From positions 1 to 10,651 of the forward strand of contig JBBRBK010000068.1 of the NCBI GenBank assembly GCA_038205935.1: DNA of 10,651 nt, written 5' to 3'. The notes below the pieces were generated by a model that saw only the letters and a program-made list of their open reading frames with translations, had not been told where the DNA came from and searched no databases. Every line of letters begins with the position of its first letter. The stretch's first letter is position 1. Positions 6,865-10,651 of the stretch are shown piece by piece. The stretch comes from Campylobacterales bacterium (GTDB lineage Bacteria; Campylobacterota; Campylobacteria; Campylobacterales; Sulfurimonadaceae). The position numbers and the translations under genes are program-made.

Positions 6865-7368
6865 ATGCACTTTCCTTTACATGTTAGCTTTGTTTTGACA
6901 ACTCTTTTGGTATTTTCAGGATGTACAACAAATAATGCATTTTCAAGATTTCATTTTACAACTGTAAAAGAGCAGGCTGCTTCAAGTCTTAGAACTTCAA
7001 AAATCAATCTGGATAATGATGTTGTTGGGGTTGTATCTAGCATTTATCTTAATGAAGTAAATCCTCAGAAATACAATGGTATGGAATATTTTTATATAAC
7101 AGTTTATACAAAAAACAAAGATACCTTGTCTGATCCAAACAGTATAGTCGGGAGTAACATGGTTGTAAAACTTAATGATGCGTTGCCTGTGAAGATAAAA
7201 AAACTGGATCAAAAAAATGAGTTTGAGGGATTAATAGCACTTGATAACAGCTGGACTAGCTATTATCTCGTAGCATTTCCACCATCGCAGTGTGATAAAC
7301 TCACCCTTACTTTACAAGATGGGAAATTTGGTTCTCTGCCTTTAATTTATCAAAAAAATGAACTATAG
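6865..7368 (+). CDS. Putative lipoprotein (Cj0842-like), function unknown
   Basis: Hydrophobic signal ending in lipobox-like LVFSG|C (Cys20), with its own -10 box and SD. It fills the space between mobB and slt. Confidence 0.85.
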   Translation: MHFPLHVSFVLTTLLVFSGCTTNNAFSRFHFTTVKEQAASSLRTSKINLDNDVVGVVSSIYLNEVNPQKYNGMEYFYITVYTKNKDTLSDPNSIVGSNMVVKLNDALPVKIKKLDQKNEFEGLIALDNSWTSYYLVAFPPSQCDKLTLTLQDGKFGSLPLIYQKNEL

Positions 7369-8911
7369 AAAAATCCTCATGCAAGATTTTTTTATAGATA
7401 GCATAGTTTGCTAAGACTCTCTTTCCGTACTCTCTACTTTCAACATTCGTCATCGTATCCATACTTAAAAACGGTTCATACTCTCCAGTTGTAAATTTAC
7501 CAGACTGAATATATCTTTTTGTAAATCCAAGACCGCCATTGTAAGCATAAGCTTTAAAAAGAGGATTATCCAGTTGTGTGTCTAACCAAGTGAGATGTTT
7601 GATTGAAAATGAGATATTTGTTTGTGGGTCAAACATATCACTGTAGCAAGAGACTTTATTTGGCATCTGTTTGTTAAGTGAATCAACTAAAAACGGCATT
7701 AATTGCATAAGTCCTAGCGCATAAGATGAAGAGATTACAGATGGAATAAATTGGCTTTCCTGACGCATAAGAGCATATAAAAATGCCTTGTCATCATTGG
7801 AAAGAGCTGAAGTATAATCCGTGTAAGGCATAATATAATTTTCTAATTTATATGCATTTGCTTTTTCAAGAGTATAGCCTTCAAGCACTAGCATATTTTT
7901 TTTACCATAATCATCTGCTAAAGAATGAAGATCGTTTTTTGGAGTTGCATTGATCGTTTTTTTCATCTCTATCCATGCAAATGGATCTTCAATACATTTG
8001 GATTTTAAGGTTTTACCCTCAGCCGTAAAGTAGTTTATTGTATCAATATTTAAAACCTCTTTAGCGTAGAGTGTATAGATATTGATGTTGATGCTTTGTG
8101 CGACTTGTTTGAGGTACTTTATATCATTAGTAATGAGATATTTCCAAAATATTGTCTTGTCTTTATCTATTTGTGCATAGGATTTTTTATTTGAAACATC
8201 TAGATACGAAAGTGCGAGCTCTTTTCTATTTTCTAAAAGATAGTGTATTGCCATAAAAAAAGTGCTGCTAGCATCGAGGTTATTTGGATCTATTAAAGTG
8301 AGAATCGGCACAAATTGATCCATTTTCTCATCATTAATAGTCGCTTCAACGAGTGTTGAGATTTTAGGTGAAGTGGAAATATATGTCATAAACTCTTTTG
8401 AATAAGCGTGGTTGAAATGATCTTCTCTATATTTTTTTCCCGCACCATTCATAACAGTTAAAACATCTGAAGGGTTGTACTTCATAAGTGTTGTTTCATC
8501 CATATCAGAACTCATAATATCCAAGTAGTTTTTTGTTTTCTGTACAAAAACACGTTGTTGGAGTTGTTTGATCTGAGGTTTCGTGTAATTAGCTGCTGCC
8601 CACGGAGTCATGGCAATTTGCAAACAACTGTTATCATCGAGTTTGAGAAATTCATTTGCAGGAAGATTCATACATTTTGCAATATATTGTATTTCAGGAC
8701 GAGAAGTTTTTTTGGCATACATGAAGAAAAGTTTTGTGTTGACATTTTCTATCTGATCAAAGGCTTTATCTGCTTGATCTGGGGTGATATCCTGCTTTAA
8801 AAACTGCCAGATGAGAAAATTCTTTGCACGAGAAGTAGGTTTTGAATTGATCTCATCAAGAGTTATTTGTGCAGAGAGTAGGGTGCTAAGAAGTAAAAGC
8901 CACAGTTTCAT
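7307..8911 (-). CDS. slt: Soluble lytic murein transglycosylase (SLT domain) with signal peptide
   Basis: Signal peptide MKLWLLLLSTLLSA, long helical-type N-region, and catalytic motifs YALMRQES, ALGLMQLMP, AYAYNGG and ESREYGKRV. Confidence 0.93.
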   Translation of the reverse strand: MKLWLLLLSTLLSAQITLDEINSKPTSRAKNFLIWQFLKQDITPDQADKAFDQIENVNTKLFFMYAKKTSRPEIQYIAKCMNLPANEFLKLDDNSCLQIAMTPWAAANYTKPQIKQLQQRVFVQKTKNYLDIMSSDMDETTLMKYNPSDVLTVMNGAGKKYREDHFNHAYSKEFMTYISTSPKISTLVEATINDEKMDQFVPILTLIDPNNLDASSTFFMAIHYLLENRKELALSYLDVSNKKSYAQIDKDKTIFWKYLITNDIKYLKQVAQSININIYTLYAKEVLNIDTINYFTAEGKTLKSKCIEDPFAWIEMKKTINATPKNDLHSLADDYGKKNMLVLEGYTLEKANAYKLENYIMPYTDYTSALSNDDKAFLYALMRQESQFIPSVISSSYALGLMQLMPFLVDSLNKQMPNKVSCYSDMFDPQTNISFSIKHLTWLDTQLDNPLFKAYAYNGGLGFTKRYIQSGKFTTGEYEPFLSMDTMTNVESREYGKRVLANYAIYKKILHEDFSIVHFFDKLKAENQISHLVK

Positions 8912-9193
8912 TTAGTACACGAGCCTTGCAAGGCCAGCTTTAAGAACAAGCATAATTACCTGTAACGCGATGACAATGATAAGAGGGGCGAGATCGATAC
9001 CGTTAAAGACAGTCGGAATGAAGCGTCTTACAAAGTTGTAAGCTGGTTCACTTAGACGATATAAAATCTGTACGAGCTGATTGCGTGGATCTGGATTGAC
9101 CCAAGTGATAAGAGCAGCAATGATAATGACCCAAATATAAACATTTAATAGCGTAAGAAATATGCTACCGATGCCAAGAATTATCTCACTCAT
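8912..9193 (-). CDS. yggT: YggT family membrane protein
   Basis: [30 protein letters not shown]...VRRFIP...GIDLAPLI is the YggT signature. Coupled to gltX (ATGA overlap) and slt (TAA-ATG). Confidence 0.95.
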   Translation of the reverse strand: MSEIILGIGSIFLTLLNVYIWVIIIAALITWVNPDPRNQLVQILYRLSEPAYNFVRRFIPTVFNGIDLAPLIIVIALQVIMLVLKAGLARLVY

Positions 9194-10488
9194 TTGACTA
9201 TCTCCTTGATGTAGTTTTTAAGGTACGGATAAAGGTCAGAGAGCTCAGGACCATGCTCTTCACCCGTTAAAAGAAAGCGAAGCGGTTTAAAAAAGTTTTT
9301 ACCCTTGAGACCTGATTGTTCAATGATATAAGTTTTAAAAGCCTCAAACTCTTCAAAATGAGGCGCATTTTTGATGATCTCTTGCATTGAAGCAGCTTGC
9401 ACAGTAAACTCTTCTGGGATCTCTTTTGGTGCAAAAATAGGTGCTATCTTAGATCTTAGTTCTTTTAAAGTGCTTACTTCATCCAAAAATATTTTTGCAA
9501 CTTCTCCGATATCATCATCAGCAAAACCAACATAGCGTGAAAGCTCTTTTGCATCAAGGAGTCTTAAGTGTTCTTTATTGATAAATTTGAGCTTATCAAG
9601 GTCAAAACGTGCGGGAGCTTTTGAGATAGAGTGAATATCAAACCATTCTATCGCTTCTTCTAAAGTGAAAATCTCTTTAGGCGGTTTATTGCCGATAAGG
9701 ATAAGATAGTTTGCGATGGCTGATGGCAAATAACCCTCTTCAAACATCCATTTTACACTTGAAGCATTATCTCGCTTGCTCATCTTTTTACCCTCATCAT
9801 TTAAGATAATAGGAAGATGTGCGTATTGCATCTTTTTGTCATATCCAAGAGCATCTCTTATGGCAATCTGTTTTGGAGTATTGCTTACATGATCTTCGCC
9901 GCGGATCACTAAAGAGATGTCAGCTAACATATCATCAACTGAACATGCAAAGTTGTAAGTTGGAGTTTTGTCTTGACGCATAATAATAAAGCTGTCGATA
10001 TCATCAGGAGAGAAAGTGATCTCACCTTTGATAAGATCTGTTATGGTGATCGCTTCTTCGGGCTTTTTAAGACGAACAACAAAAGGATTCATATTGTCAA
10101 TGACGAGTTCTGCAGGAAGATTTTCGCAAGCTCCATCGTAACGATACGCTTTTTTCGCTTCTTTTGCTTCTTCTCTTTTTTTCTCTAAAGTTTCAGGTTT
10201 ACAAAAACAGTTAAAAGCTTTCTTATCATGTAGAAGCTGTAGTGCCATCATAGAATGAAAACGAAGATTGTTGCTTTGATACATAAGCTCTGTATATTCG
10301 ATGCCAAAGATACCTAAGATTTCTAAGATCTCTTTGTCTTTTCCTTCGATATTACGCTCTTTGTCTGTATCTTCAATACGGATTAAAAGAGATTCATTTC
10401 TCTGTTTTGAAACTATATAATTAAAAAGGGCGACGCGAAGATTGCCAATATGCATATCGCCAGTTGGACTTGGGGCAAAACGTAACAT
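9190..10488 (-). CDS. gltX: Glutamate--tRNA ligase, short GluRS2-type paralogue
   Basis: [44 protein letters not shown] and KMSKR. The 432-aa length, the [18 protein letters not shown] start and the yggT-slt linkage match H. pylori GluRS2 as I recall it. Confidence 0.97.
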   Translation of the reverse strand: MLRFAPSPTGDMHIGNLRVALFNYIVSKQRNESLLIRIEDTDKERNIEGKDKEILEILGIFGIEYTELMYQSNNLRFHSMMALQLLHDKKAFNCFCKPETLEKKREEAKEAKKAYRYDGACENLPAELVIDNMNPFVVRLKKPEEAITITDLIKGEITFSPDDIDSFIIMRQDKTPTYNFACSVDDMLADISLVIRGEDHVSNTPKQIAIRDALGYDKKMQYAHLPIILNDEGKKMSKRDNASSVKWMFEEGYLPSAIANYLILIGNKPPKEIFTLEEAIEWFDIHSISKAPARFDLDKLKFINKEHLRLLDAKELSRYVGFADDDIGEVAKIFLDEVSTLKELRSKIAPIFAPKEIPEEFTVQAASMQEIIKNAPHFEEFEAFKTYIIEQSGLKGKNFFKPLRFLLTGEEHGPELSDLYPYLKNYIKEIVK

Positions 10489-10494
10489 ATAAAT

Positions 10495-10524
10495 TCCTAA
10501 TTTTTTTATGAAATTGTAACTTAA
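10495..10524 (-). promoter_or_regulatory. Candidate -10 box and SD for gltX
   Basis: Minus strand TTAAGT-TACAAT (hexamer 10518-10513). AGGA at 10498-10495 lies 6 nt before the ATG. Confidence 0.6.
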
Positions 10525-10579
10525 GTTTGATTTGGAAAAGATTAAAGGATAAATAAAAGGGAAGTTTAAATGAAAGAAG

Positions 10580-10651
10580 TGGTGACTCCAAGGGGATTTG
10601 AACCCCTATGGCAAGGATGAAAACCTTGAATCCTAACCATTAGATGATGGA
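10580..10651 (-). tRNA. tRNA-Glu (TTC), first ~3 nt off the right edge
   Basis: Minus strand ...TCCA TC ATCTAATGGTTAGGAT T CAAGG TTTTCAT CCTTG CCAT AGGGG TTCAAAT CCCCT TGGAGTC A CCA. Anticodon TTC, CCA encoded. Confidence 0.96.

Noticed and set aside
5468..7212. Short ORFs 5468..5746, 5832..6020, 6527..6718 and 6997..7212
   Set aside because: All nested in fbp, mobB or the lipoprotein gene, with no independent support.
8555..10188. Plus-strand ORFs 8555..8800 and 9973..10188
   Set aside because: Antisense shadows of slt and gltX.
10489..10579. T-box riboswitch upstream of gltX (or of metG)
   Set aside because: The spacer is too short and lacks the GGTGGNACC T-box motif; metG has no leader because it is internal to an operon.

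Overview
AT-rich housekeeping region from a Campylobacterota chromosome (Sulfurimonas-like by protein style; this assignment is an inference). Left edge: the 5' stub of tRNA-Gln and a complete initiator tRNA-Met on the minus strand, behind a perfect TTGACA-17-TATAAT promoter and divergent from ribB (DHBP synthase fused to a degenerate GTP cyclohydrolase II-like domain). Next is an MtfA/M90 zinc peptidase. Then comes a block whose order matches, from memory, C. jejuni Cj0837c-Cj0845c: Mur-ligase-N-like hypothetical <- metG <- small Cys-rich protein <- fbp <- mobB | lipoprotein -> <- slt <- yggT <- gltX2. A 5'-truncated tRNA-Glu(TTC) sits at the right edge. I see no mobile element, CRISPR array or defence system, and I cannot support a new multi-gene system. 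Small signals absent from the ORF track: (1) a start-less antisense remnant resembling the C-terminus of a DUF4015-type glycoside hydrolase between ribB and the peptidase; (2) a GC-rich 30-bp palindrome sitting in frame inside the peptidase gene; (3) a probable leaderless mobB operon transcript; (4) a C73 discriminator in the initiator tRNA.
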